DNA from: Bacilli bacterium | GTDB taxonomy: Bacteria; Bacillota_I; Bacilli_A; ML615J-28; CAG-313 | Reading direction: 5' to 3' | DNA length: 64,000 nucleotides | Assembly: GCA_017409905.1 (NCBI GenBank) | Contig: JAFQRV010000016.1 | Location: forward strand, 22,143-86,142 | Shown: piece after piece, positions 10,242 to 20,129 of the stretch | Numbering within the stretch: the first letter of the stretch is position 1 | Layout: each line of letters opens with the position of its first letter | Translations under genes and position numbers: made by a program | The notes under the pieces: generated by a model | Seen by the model: the letters and a program-made list of their open reading frames with translations, nothing else | Databases searched by the model: none | What the model was told of the DNA's origin: nothing

Positions 10242-10607
10242 ATGAAAGTTTATAAAGTTAAAGTTAACGGAAAAGTTTATGAAGTTGAATTAGAAGCAAC
10301 TACAGAAAGTGCTAATCATATTGAAGCACCTGTACAAGCTGCTCCTGTAGCTGCACCTGCTGCACCTGTGGCTGCTCCAGCAACTGGTGAAGGAGTTAAA
10401 GTTGAAGCTCCAATGCAAGGTAAAATTATTGATGTAAAAGTTGCAACCGGACAACAAGTTCAAGAAGGCGATGTATTATGTGTATTAGAAGCATTAAAAT
10501 TAGCTAATGATATCGTTGCACCATGTGCTGGTGTTGTACAAAGCGTTTCTGTTTCAAAAGGCTCTGAAGTTGAAAACGGTCAATTATTAGTTGTAATTAA
10601 AGGTTAA
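10242..10607 (+). CDS. biotin carboxyl carrier (biotinyl domain) subunit
   Basis: Ala/Pro-rich linker followed by a biotinyl/lipoyl fold. The attachment motif is EALKLAN, a variant of EAMKM. Confidence 0.75.
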   Translation: MKVYKVKVNGKVYEVELEATTESANHIEAPVQAAPVAAPAAPVAAPATGEGVKVEAPMQGKIIDVKVATGQQVQEGDVLCVLEALKLANDIVAPCAGVVQSVSVSKGSEVENGQLLVVIKG

Positions 10608-10612
10608 TTGTT

Positions 10613-11800
10613 ATGAAGATGGTTGGTGATTTACTTAAGAACTTCATTGACCAAATGGGATTTATTTCATATGATACAAATGGCAATTTTGACTGGGTTA
10701 GTTTAGGATTACGTGCAATAATGATAATTGTTGCATTGGTGTTAATCTTCTTAGCAGTTAAAAAAGATTTTGAACCATATCTATTAATTCCAATTGGTGT
10801 TGGTATGCTTCTTGCAAACTTAGCTCCTGGATTAGCTCTACAAGGTGTTGGTGAGGAAGCAGATGGTTTATTATACTCATTCCATAAAGGTATTGATTGG
10901 GAAATTTTCCCTCCACTTGTATTCTTGGGAATTGGTGCTACAACTGACTTTGGACCATTAATCTCAAGACCTAGTAGTTTATTACTAGGTGCTGCAGCTC
11001 AATTTGGTATATTTATCACTTTCTTTGGTGCCTTACTTTTAGGTTTTAATGCATTAGAAGCAAGTGCAATTGGTATCATTGGTGGTGCTGATGGACATAC
11101 TGCAATCTTCTTATCTAATAAGATGTTGGATGGTTCTATGGGAGGAAGTATGCTATGTTCATCTATTGCAGTTGTTGCATATTCATATATGGCATTAGTT
11201 CCCGTTATTCAACCTCCAATTATTAAAGCTTTAACAACAAAAGAAGAACGTAAAATTAAAATGGTTCAACCTAGAAATGTTTCAAAAAGAGAAAAAATTA
11301 TTTTCCCAATTGTAGTAATGATAGTTGTTATATTATTAATTCCATCATGTGCTCCATTAATTGGTATGTTAATGTTAGGTAATTTAATAAAAGAATCTGG
11401 TGTAGTTCCAAATTTAGTAAATGCAGCTTCTAATACAATCTTATATGTAGTAACTATTTTATTAGGTATATCTGTTGGTTCTACAGCCCGATTAACAGGC
11501 GCACCACAAGCATTTGACTTTATTAAAATATTATTATTAGGTATGGTTGCATTCTCATTTGCGACTGCTGCTGGTGTATTAATTGGTAAATTAATGAGTA
11601 AATTAAGTGGTGGAAAAATCAATCCAATGATCGGTGCTGCTGGTGTTTCAGCGGTTCCAATGGCTGCCCGTGTAGTTCATAAAATTGGCTTAGAAGAAGA
11701 TAAATCTAACTATTTAATGATGCATGCTATGGGTCCAAATGTAGCTGGTGTTATTGGTAGTGCAGTTGCTGCAGGATTATTATTAAGTATTTTTGGATAA
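10613..11800 (+). CDS. oadB: Na+-translocating decarboxylase beta subunit (OadB/GcdB/MmdB family)
   Basis: 395 aa polytopic protein with OadB-family conserved blocks. A terminator AACATCAAAAGA...TCTTTTGATGTT-T-run lies at 11812-11850. Confidence 0.8.
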   Translation: MKMVGDLLKNFIDQMGFISYDTNGNFDWVSLGLRAIMIIVALVLIFLAVKKDFEPYLLIPIGVGMLLANLAPGLALQGVGEEADGLLYSFHKGIDWEIFPPLVFLGIGATTDFGPLISRPSSLLLGAAAQFGIFITFFGALLLGFNALEASAIGIIGGADGHTAIFLSNKMLDGSMGGSMLCSSIAVVAYSYMALVPVIQPPIIKALTTKEERKIKMVQPRNVSKREKIIFPIVVMIVVILLIPSCAPLIGMLMLGNLIKESGVVPNLVNAASNTILYVVTILLGISVGSTARLTGAPQAFDFIKILLLGMVAFSFATAAGVLIGKLMSKLSGGKINPMIGAAGVSAVPMAARVVHKIGLEEDKSNYLMMHAMGPNVAGVIGSAVAAGLLLSIFG

Positions 11801-12000
11801 TAAAAAAATAAACATCAAAAGATTTATTCTTTTGATGTTTTTATTTTTAAAAATAATTTATATATAGGAAATTTTCATTTGAAAATATTATTTGAAAAAT
11901 ATAAAAATATTCTTTTTTAAAACAAAAAAAATAAATACATTAGACAAAAAACAAAAAAAATATTATAATAAGTTAATATAACTTGTGAAAGGAGACCAAT

Positions 12001-13191
12001 ATGATTAATCAAGAAATGAAAGAATTGGGATGTAAAGCATCAGCAATTAGAGAACTTTTTGAATACGGTAAAAAAAGAAAACAAGAAATTGGCGAAGAAA
12101 ATGTATTTGATTTTAGTATTGGTAATCCTAGTGTACCAGCTCCAAGTATTGTTAATGAAACTTTAATTAAACTAATTAATGAAAATGATTCCACTAAATT
12201 ACATGGTTATACTTCTGCAGTTGGTGATAATTTGGTTCGTCAATGTATTGTAGAATATTTAAATAAAACATATCAAGCTAATTTAGATTATCGATATGTT
12301 TATATGACTGCAGGTGCTGCAGCATCTTTAACAATTTCTTTAAATGCTATTTTAGAAGAAAATGATGAAGTAATAGTACTTGCACCATATTTTCCTGAAT
12401 ATAAAGTTTTTATTGAAAAGGCAAAAGGTAAAGTAGTTGTAGTGGAATCAGATAAAAATACTTTTTTACCTGATTTTGAAAAGATTGAAAAAGCTATTAA
12501 TAATAATACGAAAGCGATTATTATTAATTCTCCTAATAATCCAACTGGTGTTGTTTATGATGAATCAATAATTAAAAACTTATCAACAATTTTAAAAAAG
12601 AAATCATCTGAATTAAATCATACTATTTATTTAATATCTGATGAACCTTATAGAGAATTAATATATAGTGACATTCAATATCCATTTGTTACGAATTATT
12701 ATGATGATTCAATTGTTTGTTATTCTTTTAGTAAATCATTATCGCTTCCAGGCGAAAGAATTGGGTATATTGTTTTATCAAATACAATGAATAATGTTCA
12801 AGATGTTTTTTATGCTATATGTGGATCTGGAAGATCTTTAGGTTTTGTTTGTGCTCCCGCATTATTTCAATACATGATTCCTAATTGTTTAGGATATACT
12901 TCTGATATTGAAGTTTACAAAGAAAATCGAAATATTTTAAGTAAAGCTTTAACTGAATATGGATATGAAGTAATTAATCCAGATGGGGCATTTTATTTAT
13001 TTGTTAAATCAATAGATGAAGATGCAAAAGCATTTTGTGAATATGCTAAAAAATATGAGTTATTATTAGTACCAAGTGATTCATTTGGTTGTGGTGGATA
13101 TATTCGTATATCTTATTGTGTTTCAAAAGAACAAATCTTGAATGCATTACCAGCATTTAAAAAATTAATAGAAGATTTTAGAAGAGGCTAA
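12001..13191 (+). CDS. class I PLP-dependent aminotransferase, likely aromatic/aspartate aminotransferase
   Basis: PLP-lysine motif SFSKSLSLPGERIG. It is the first gene of the aromatic operon. Promoter TTAGACA-17-TATAAT at ~11938-11970. RBS AAAGGAGA. Confidence 0.75.
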   Translation: MINQEMKELGCKASAIRELFEYGKKRKQEIGEENVFDFSIGNPSVPAPSIVNETLIKLINENDSTKLHGYTSAVGDNLVRQCIVEYLNKTYQANLDYRYVYMTAGAAASLTISLNAILEENDEVIVLAPYFPEYKVFIEKAKGKVVVVESDKNTFLPDFEKIEKAINNNTKAIIINSPNNPTGVVYDESIIKNLSTILKKKSSELNHTIYLISDEPYRELIYSDIQYPFVTNYYDDSIVCYSFSKSLSLPGERIGYIVLSNTMNNVQDVFYAICGSGRSLGFVCAPALFQYMIPNCLGYTSDIEVYKENRNILSKALTEYGYEVINPDGAFYLFVKSIDEDAKAFCEYAKKYELLLVPSDSFGCGGYIRISYCVSKEQILNALPAFKKLIEDFRRG

Positions 13192-13192
13192 T

Positions 13193-14284
13193 ATGAATAA
13201 ATTAGAAGAAGCTAGAAAAAAGATCAATGCAGTTGATGAAGAAATTGCAAAATTATTTGAAGAAAGAATGAAAGCTGCAAGACAAATTGCTGAATACAAA
13301 AAAGAAAATGGTTTACCAATAACAGATGCTAGTAGAGAATTAGAACTAATTAATAAAAATTCAAAATTTGTAACTGATGAAGTAATTCGCGAATACTATG
13401 TTAATTTTATTCAAGAAACAATGAATATTTCTAAAAAATATCAATCAAGAATATTGAATGGTATGAAAGTTGCATATAGTGGGGTTAGAGGTGCTTTCGC
13501 ATATATTGCGGCTACTAAAATGTTCCCTAGTGCTGAATATATTTCATATTCTGATTTTACAGATGCTTATAAAGCTGTAGAAAATGGCGAATGTGATGCT
13601 TGTGTATTACCATTAGAAAATAGTTATGCAGGAGACGTAGGTGTAGTAATGGATCTAATGTTTTCTGGAAACTTATATTTAAATCAATTAATTGAACTAG
13701 AAGTTGTTCAAAATTTAGTTGCAAAAAAAGGAACTGAAAAAAGACAAATAAAAAAAGTGATAAGCCATCAACAAGCATTATCACAATGTAGTGAATATAT
13801 TAAACAACATGGTTTTATTGAAGAAGAAGCAAGTAATACTGCTGTAGCCGCAAAATTAGTTGCTGAATCAAGTGATGAAAGTATTGCAGCAATTGCATCT
13901 AGTGATACATCAAATATTTATGATTTAGAAATTATTGAGGCTAACATTAATTCTAGTTTTAATAACACTACTCGATTTGGTGCTTTCACAAAATGTTTAA
14001 ACGATTATAAAAAAACAGATAAAATGGGTGAACACTTTATCTTAGTATTTACAGTTAAAAATGAAGCAGGTGCCCTTGCTAAAACTTTAAATATAATTGG
14101 TTCTCATGGTTTCAATATGCGAAGCTTAAGAAGTAAACCAATGAAAGGTTTAATTTGGAATTATTATTTCTATGCAGAATTAGAAGGAAATATTTATTCT
14201 AAAGATGGACAAGAAATGTTAAGAGCATTACAAGTGTTCTGTGATAAATTAAAAATAGTAGGTAATTATACACTTAATAATTAG
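13193..14284 (+). CDS. pheA: bifunctional chorismate mutase / prephenate dehydratase (P-protein) with ACT domain
   Basis: N-terminal AroQ-type chorismate mutase helix (EARKKINAVDEEIAKLFEERMKAARQIAEYK), then a prephenate dehydratase domain and a C-terminal ACT. Confidence 0.85.
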   Translation: MNKLEEARKKINAVDEEIAKLFEERMKAARQIAEYKKENGLPITDASRELELINKNSKFVTDEVIREYYVNFIQETMNISKKYQSRILNGMKVAYSGVRGAFAYIAATKMFPSAEYISYSDFTDAYKAVENGECDACVLPLENSYAGDVGVVMDLMFSGNLYLNQLIELEVVQNLVAKKGTEKRQIKKVISHQQALSQCSEYIKQHGFIEEEASNTAVAAKLVAESSDESIAAIASSDTSNIYDLEIIEANINSSFNNTTRFGAFTKCLNDYKKTDKMGEHFILVFTVKNEAGALAKTLNIIGSHGFNMRSLRSKPMKGLIWNYYFYAELEGNIYSKDGQEMLRALQVFCDKLKIVGNYTLNN

Positions 14285-14294
14285 AGGTGATAAA

Positions 14295-15287
14295 ATGATT
14301 TTACCAGTTAAGATGAATGACTTTAACTATGATGTAGTAATTGAAAAAGGTTGCATAAATCATGTTAAGGAATATCTAGATTTAAATCGAAAAGTATTAA
14401 TTTTAACAGATAGTTTAGTTCCTAGTAATTATGCAAACATTGTTAAAGAAAAGTCAAAAGAAGGTTACATTTATACAATTGCATCAGGAGAGGCAAGTAA
14501 GTCTTTTGAAAACTATGGAAAAATTTTAGATTATTTAGTAGAACATCAGTTTTCAAGAACTGATTGTATAGTTGCAGTCGGTGGTGGTGTGGTTGGTGAT
14601 TTAGCTGGTTTTGTTGCATCAACATATATGCGTGGAATTACATTTTATAATATTCCCACAACATTACTTTCTCAAGTTGATTCTTCAATAGGTGGTAAAA
14701 CTGCTATTGATAAATGTGGAATAAAAAATATTGTAGGTGCTTTTTATCCTCCACATAAAGTATTAATTGATACTGATCTTTTAAAAACATTAGATGATAG
14801 ACAACTACATTCAGGGCTTGTAGAAGCAATTAAAATGGGATTAACAAATGACCAAGAATTATTTGATTTAATAAAAAATTCTAATAATTTATTTGATGAT
14901 ATTGAAACAATAGTTACTAAAGCTTTAGTGGTTAAAAAAATGATTGTTGAAGCAGATCCAAAAGAAAAAGGTTTAAGAAGAGTTTTAAACTATGGTCATA
15001 CAATTGGTCATGCTATTGAAAGCTCAACAAAATATTTACATGGTGAATGTGTAGGGCTAGGAATGTTATATTTTGCCTCACCTAAAGTAAAAAAAGAATT
15101 AAAAGAAGTTTTAGAAAAATATTATTTACCTATAAGTCATAATGTTGAAAAAAAATTATTATATGATTATATTTGTTTAGATAAAAAAAGAAGTGGAAAC
15201 AAAATTACAATTGTTTATGTTGAAGAAAAAGGAAACTTTAAATTCTTAAATATTGAATTAGAATCAATTAAAGATTATTTAAAATAA
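14295..15287 (+). CDS. aroB: 3-dehydroquinate synthase
   Basis: NAD-binding GGGVVGD and metal-binding HTIGHAIE motifs. Confidence 0.85.
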   Translation: MILPVKMNDFNYDVVIEKGCINHVKEYLDLNRKVLILTDSLVPSNYANIVKEKSKEGYIYTIASGEASKSFENYGKILDYLVEHQFSRTDCIVAVGGGVVGDLAGFVASTYMRGITFYNIPTTLLSQVDSSIGGKTAIDKCGIKNIVGAFYPPHKVLIDTDLLKTLDDRQLHSGLVEAIKMGLTNDQELFDLIKNSNNLFDDIETIVTKALVVKKMIVEADPKEKGLRRVLNYGHTIGHAIESSTKYLHGECVGLGMLYFASPKVKKELKEVLEKYYLPISHNVEKKLLYDYICLDKKRSGNKITIVYVEEKGNFKFLNIELESIKDYLK

Positions 15288-15301
15288 TAGGAGGAATTCT
15301 T

Positions 15302-16393
15302 ATGCGTAATACTGTTGGTGATAATGTACGATTAACATTGTTTGGTGAAAGCCATAATGAAATAATTGGTGCTGTACTTGATGGAATGTGCCCAGGTATT
15401 AAAGTTGATGAAGAATTTATAAAATTACAACTAAAAAAAAGAAGACCAATGAATGGAGAAACACCAAGAATTGAAATTGATGATTTCAAAATTGTTAGTG
15501 GTGTATTTAATGGTTATACAACCGGAGAATCAATTTGTCTTTTAATTGAAAATCATAATACAAGAAGTCAAGATTATGAAGAAATTAAATCTATTGCTAG
15601 ACCATCTCATGCTGATTATGTTGCACATGTAAAATATCATGGCTTTAATGACTATCGTGGTGGAGGTCATTTCTCTGGGAGAATTACTGCTCCAATTGTT
15701 GCTGTTGGTTCAATAGTTTTAAAAGCATTAGAAAAGAAAAATATATATATTGGTACACACATTAAAAAATGTGGAAATGTTGTTGATCAAGACTTTTTAG
15801 AAGTAGAAAAAGAAGTAAAAGAATTAAGCGGTAAAATTATTCCCGTAATTTCAAATATTGAAGAAGATATCCAAAATGAAATATTAAAAGCAAAAAAAGA
15901 AAAAGATTCAATTGGTGGTATTCTTCAAACTGCTATTATTGGTTTACCCGTTGGTTTAGGACAACCTTGGTTTTCAAGTGTTGAAGGAAAGATTGCGAAT
16001 GCAGTATTTTCAATTGGTGGTGTAAAAGGAATTGAATTTGGAGCAGGATTTAATTTTGCAAATTTAAAAGGATCAAGTTGTAATGATCAATTTGAAATAG
16101 TTAATGAAAAAGTGACTACTAAAACGAATAATAATGGTGGAATAAATGGTGGTATTACTAATGGTATGCCTATTGTATTTAACACCGCAATTAAACCAAC
16201 ACCATCAATTGGTTTATCTCAAGATACAATTGATTTTGTTAAAGGCGAAAATGTTGAGACAAAAGTAACAGGCAGACACGATCCCGCAATCGTTAGAAGA
16301 ATTGCAGTAGTGATAGATTCAATTGTTGCTTTAGTTGTAGCTGATTTATTAAGTATGCGTTACGGAGAAGATTTTTTAGAATACGAGGAATAG
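15302..16393 (+). CDS. aroC: chorismate synthase
   Basis: N-terminal LFGESHN and GGGHFSGR motifs. Confidence 0.9.
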   Translation: MRNTVGDNVRLTLFGESHNEIIGAVLDGMCPGIKVDEEFIKLQLKKRRPMNGETPRIEIDDFKIVSGVFNGYTTGESICLLIENHNTRSQDYEEIKSIARPSHADYVAHVKYHGFNDYRGGGHFSGRITAPIVAVGSIVLKALEKKNIYIGTHIKKCGNVVDQDFLEVEKEVKELSGKIIPVISNIEEDIQNEILKAKKEKDSIGGILQTAIIGLPVGLGQPWFSSVEGKIANAVFSIGGVKGIEFGAGFNFANLKGSSCNDQFEIVNEKVTTKTNNNGGINGGITNGMPIVFNTAIKPTPSIGLSQDTIDFVKGENVETKVTGRHDPAIVRRIAVVIDSIVALVVADLLSMRYGEDFLEYEE

Positions 16394-16397
16394 TATT

Positions 16398-17633
16398 ATG
16401 AAATACGGTTTGATAGGAGAAAAACTAGGACATAGTTTCTCAAAAGAAATCCACGAAAGAATTGCTGATTATAAGTATGAACTATGTGAAGTTGCAAAAG
16501 ATGACTTTGATGAGTTTTTCAAAAATCGTGATTTTATTTCTATAAATGTTACAATCCCATACAAAGAAAGAGTTATACCATATTTAGATTATATTGATGA
16601 TATTGCTTTATCAATTGGGGCAGTTAATACTGTTGTTAATAAAGATGGTAAACTATATGGATATAATACAGACTATTATGGGTTAAAAAGTTTAATTGAA
16701 AAAAGAAATATCAATGTTGAAAACAAAAAAGTTTTAATACTAGGCACAGGTGGTACTTCTAAAACAGCTACTGTTGTTGTAAAAACATTAGGTGCTAAAG
16801 AAATAATTTATGCATCAATTAATGGAGAAATTGGTACTTTTACTTATGAAGAAGTAATAGAAAAACATACTGATGCAGAAGTAATAATTAATACAACCCC
16901 TTGTGGAATGTATCCAAATAATGATGGATTATTAATTGATATTAAATTATTTAAAAATTTAGTTGGTGTTGTTGATGTTGTATATAATCCATTATTAACA
17001 ACAATTCTTCAAAATGCTAAAACAAATAATTTAAAATATGCTAGTGGATTATACATGTTAGTATCCCAAGCTGTGTATGCTTCAGCAATCTTCCAAGATA
17101 TTGAAGTATCACATGATTTAATTGATGAAGTATTTGAAGAAATTTATTTTCAAAAACAAAACATTGTTTTAATTGGTATGCCAACTTGCGGCAAAACAAC
17201 AATTGGTAAAAAGCTAGCTAAAGAATTAAATAAAACCTTTGTTGATATTGATACATTAATTGAAGAAGAAATTCAAATGCCAATAAGTGAATTTTTAAAT
17301 AAAGACAATGAAAAAGACTTTAGAGATATTGAAGAAAAAGTAGTCGAAAGAATTGCTAAAATGAATAATTTAATTATTTCTACTGGTGGTGGAGTAATTA
17401 AAAGACAAGTTAATATTGAAAGATTAAAAAAGAATGGTATTGTGGTATTCATTGATCGTGATGTTAATTTATTAATGCCTGCAAGTGATAGACCATTATC
17501 AAGTAATCTTAATGATTTAAAAAAATTATATAACGAAAGATATGAAATATATAAAATAGCTGCTGATATAGTAGTTAAAAATAATACTAAAATTAATGAT
17601 GTTATAACTAAAATTATAGAAGAGGTAAAATAA
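16398..17633 (+). CDS. aroE-aroK: fused shikimate dehydrogenase (N-terminal) and shikimate kinase (C-terminal)
   Basis: AroE-like N-terminus (GLIGEKLGHSFSKEIHE), a Rossmann GTGGTSKTA, then a P-loop kinase half (VLIGMPTCGKTTIGKKLAKEL). Confidence 0.8.
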   Translation: MKYGLIGEKLGHSFSKEIHERIADYKYELCEVAKDDFDEFFKNRDFISINVTIPYKERVIPYLDYIDDIALSIGAVNTVVNKDGKLYGYNTDYYGLKSLIEKRNINVENKKVLILGTGGTSKTATVVVKTLGAKEIIYASINGEIGTFTYEEVIEKHTDAEVIINTTPCGMYPNNDGLLIDIKLFKNLVGVVDVVYNPLLTTILQNAKTNNLKYASGLYMLVSQAVYASAIFQDIEVSHDLIDEVFEEIYFQKQNIVLIGMPTCGKTTIGKKLAKELNKTFVDIDTLIEEEIQMPISEFLNKDNEKDFRDIEEKVVERIAKMNNLIISTGGGVIKRQVNIERLKKNGIVVFIDRDVNLLMPASDRPLSSNLNDLKKLYNERYEIYKIAADIVVKNNTKINDVITKIIEEVK

Positions 17634-18061
17634 TGAAAATATTAGTTATAAATGGGCCTAACTTAAATATGTTAGGAATTAGAGAACCTGAAGTATATGG
17701 TACTGACACATATTTAGATTTGTGTAATATGTTAACTGATTATGCGAAAAATAAAAAAATTGATTTAGAAATATATCAATCAAATCATGAAGGAAGTTTA
17801 GTAGATAAAATTCAAGAAGCATATTTTAAAAGATTTGATGGAATTGTTATTAATCCTGCTGCTTATACACACACAAGTGTTGCTTTACTTGATGCTTTAA
17901 AATCAGTTAATCTTCCTTGTGTTGAAGTACATATTAGTGATGTAACTAAAAGAGAAGATTTTAGACAAACAAGTTATGTAAGAATGGCTGTTAAAAAAAC
18001 AATAATGGGACATGGTTTTAAAGGATATATCGAAGCTATTGAATATTTACTAAATAACTAG
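17633..18061 (+). CDS. aroQ: type II 3-dehydroquinate dehydratase
   Basis: MKILVINGPNLNMLGIREPEVYG is the type II DHQase signature. Its TAATG start overlaps the stop of the upstream gene. Confidence 0.9.
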   Translation: MKILVINGPNLNMLGIREPEVYGTDTYLDLCNMLTDYAKNKKIDLEIYQSNHEGSLVDKIQEAYFKRFDGIVINPAAYTHTSVALLDALKSVNLPCVEVHISDVTKREDFRQTSYVRMAVKKTIMGHGFKGYIEAIEYLLNN

Positions 18062-18074
18062 AAAGGAGTAATTG

Positions 18075-19283
18075 ATGAAGCTAACTATTAATAAATCTAA
18101 GTCTTGTGGAACTATAATAGTTCCTCCATCAAAAAGTTATGCTCATCGATTATTAATTGCTGCAGCACTAACTAAAAAAGATGTTGTAGTAAAAAACATT
18201 GATTTAAGTGAAGACATTATTGCAACTATTAGTTGTTTAAAAAGTTTAGGAAAAGAAGTAGTTTATAAAGATAACACGATATTAGTAAAAAACAATAATT
18301 GTTTACTAAATGATGAATTAGAATTCAATTGTAATGAAAGTGGTTCTACTTTAAGATTTTTAATTCCAATTGCACTAACACTTGGTAAAAAAGTAACGTT
18401 TATTGGAACTTCTAGATTAATTGAAAGAGGTATTGAACCATATATAAAAATATGTGAAAAACAAAATATTAAAGTTGTTAAAGATGAAACTTCTATTTCT
18501 TTTGAAGGAAGTTTAAAAAGTGATAACTTTGAAATAGTTGGAAATATTAGTAGTCAATTTATTACTGGACTTTTATTTGCACTACCTTTACTTAAAAAAG
18601 ATAGTACAGTTAATATTACAACAAATATTGAAAGTAAAAATTATATTGATATTACACTAGATGTTTTAAAACAAGCAAAGATAAAAATTGAAAAAACAAA
18701 TAATGGTTTTAAAGTATTTGGTAATCAAGAATATCAACTTGATGATTGTATTGTTGAAGGTGATTATTCTAATGCTTCTTTTATTGATGCTTTAAATTAT
18801 TTTGATGGTAATATTAAATTGTTAGGTTTAAATGAAAAATCTCTTCAAGGTGATAAAAAGTATCTAGAACATTTTAAGTCTTTAAATAAAGAGTATTCAA
18901 CAATTGATATATGTGATTGTATTGATTTAGGCCCAATATTATTTGCTTTTGCAAGTTTAAAATATGGTGGACATTTTATTAATACAAAAAGATTAAAGAT
19001 TAAAGAGAGTAATAGAATTAATGATTTAGCAGTTGAACTGAATAAATTTGGAGTAATCGTTAATGAACTTGATAACGAAGTGTCTATTGATAATACTAAT
19101 TTACATAGACCAAATGAAATATTAGAAGGACATAATGATCATAGAATTGTTATGGCATTATCAATTATGTTAACACAATTTGGTGGAACTATTAATGGAA
19201 CGAATGCGGTTAAAAAAAGTTATCCAAATTTCTTTAAAGATTTAAAAGCATTAGGAATTGAGGTAGTTGAAGATGCAGAATAA
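18075..19283 (+). CDS. aroA: 3-phosphoshikimate 1-carboxyvinyltransferase (EPSP synthase)
   Basis: Length and EPSP-synthase blocks fit. The ATG at 18075 has a better RBS (AAAGGAG, 6 nt spacer) than the track's TTG at 18072. Confidence 0.85.
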   Translation: MKLTINKSKSCGTIIVPPSKSYAHRLLIAAALTKKDVVVKNIDLSEDIIATISCLKSLGKEVVYKDNTILVKNNNCLLNDELEFNCNESGSTLRFLIPIALTLGKKVTFIGTSRLIERGIEPYIKICEKQNIKVVKDETSISFEGSLKSDNFEIVGNISSQFITGLLFALPLLKKDSTVNITTNIESKNYIDITLDVLKQAKIKIEKTNNGFKVFGNQEYQLDDCIVEGDYSNASFIDALNYFDGNIKLLGLNEKSLQGDKKYLEHFKSLNKEYSTIDICDCIDLGPILFAFASLKYGGHFINTKRLKIKESNRINDLAVELNKFGVIVNELDNEVSIDNTNLHRPNEILEGHNDHRIVMALSIMLTQFGGTINGTNAVKKSYPNFFKDLKALGIEVVEDAE

Positions 19284-20118
19284 AAAAATTCTAATTGTTG
19301 GTTTAGGTTTATTAGGCGGATCATATGCGGAAGGTTTAACAGATGCCGGATATGAAGTAGGTGCAATCGATATTAAAGAAAGTTCAATTGAATATGCAAT
19401 TAATAAAAAAATTATTAAACATGGTCAAAGTTTTGTTTCAAAAGATTATTTAGCATTATTTGATGTCATAATCTTTTGTTTATATCCAAAAGTATTTGTT
19501 AATTGGTTAAAAGAATATCAACATTTAATTAAACCAAATACAATTCTTACAGATGTAACAGGTATAAAAACTTGGTTAGTAAAAGAAATAGAAACTTTTA
19601 TTCGAAAAGACCTTGAATATATTGGTGCTCACCCAATGGCAGGTAAAGAAGTATATGGTGTAGAAAATAGTGATAAATCCATTTTCTTAAATGCGAACTA
19701 TATTATTACACCAACTATCAATTCAACTGATAAAGCAATTGAAGTAGCTTATGAAATTGGAAGGGCATTAAACTTTAAAACAATCACAAAGTTAAGTATT
19801 GAAGAACATGATGAAATGATTGGTTTCTTATCTCAATTGACTCACTGTATTGCGGTTAGCTTAATGACTTGTAAAGATTCAACTCATCTTGTAGATTATA
19901 CTGGGGATTCTTTTAGAGATTTAACAAGAATCGCTAAAATTAATGAAGATATGTGGAGTGAATTATTTTTACTTAATAAAGATGAATTATTAAGACAAAT
20001 GGATTCTTTTTTAGTACAATTTGAAAATCTTAAAAAGACAATAGAAAACAATGATGTAGAAAGTATGAAAAATATTATGCGTACTTCTACTAAAAGAAGA
20101 AAATATTTTGATAAATAG
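19273..20118 (+). CDS. tyrA: prephenate dehydrogenase
   Basis: Rossmann motif VGLGLLGGS. ATG at 19273 is preferred over the TTG at 19267. Confidence 0.8.
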   Translation: MQNKKILIVGLGLLGGSYAEGLTDAGYEVGAIDIKESSIEYAINKKIIKHGQSFVSKDYLALFDVIIFCLYPKVFVNWLKEYQHLIKPNTILTDVTGIKTWLVKEIETFIRKDLEYIGAHPMAGKEVYGVENSDKSIFLNANYIITPTINSTDKAIEVAYEIGRALNFKTITKLSIEEHDEMIGFLSQLTHCIAVSLMTCKDSTHLVDYTGDSFRDLTRIAKINEDMWSELFLLNKDELLRQMDSFLVQFENLKKTIENNDVESMKNIMRTSTKRRKYFDK

Positions 20119-20129
20119 GACGTGATATT

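Noticed and set aside
11801-12000. T-box or amino-acid attenuator ahead of the aromatic operon
   Set aside because: The leader between the -10 (~11965) and the ATG (12001) is only ~35 nt and holds nothing beyond the RBS.
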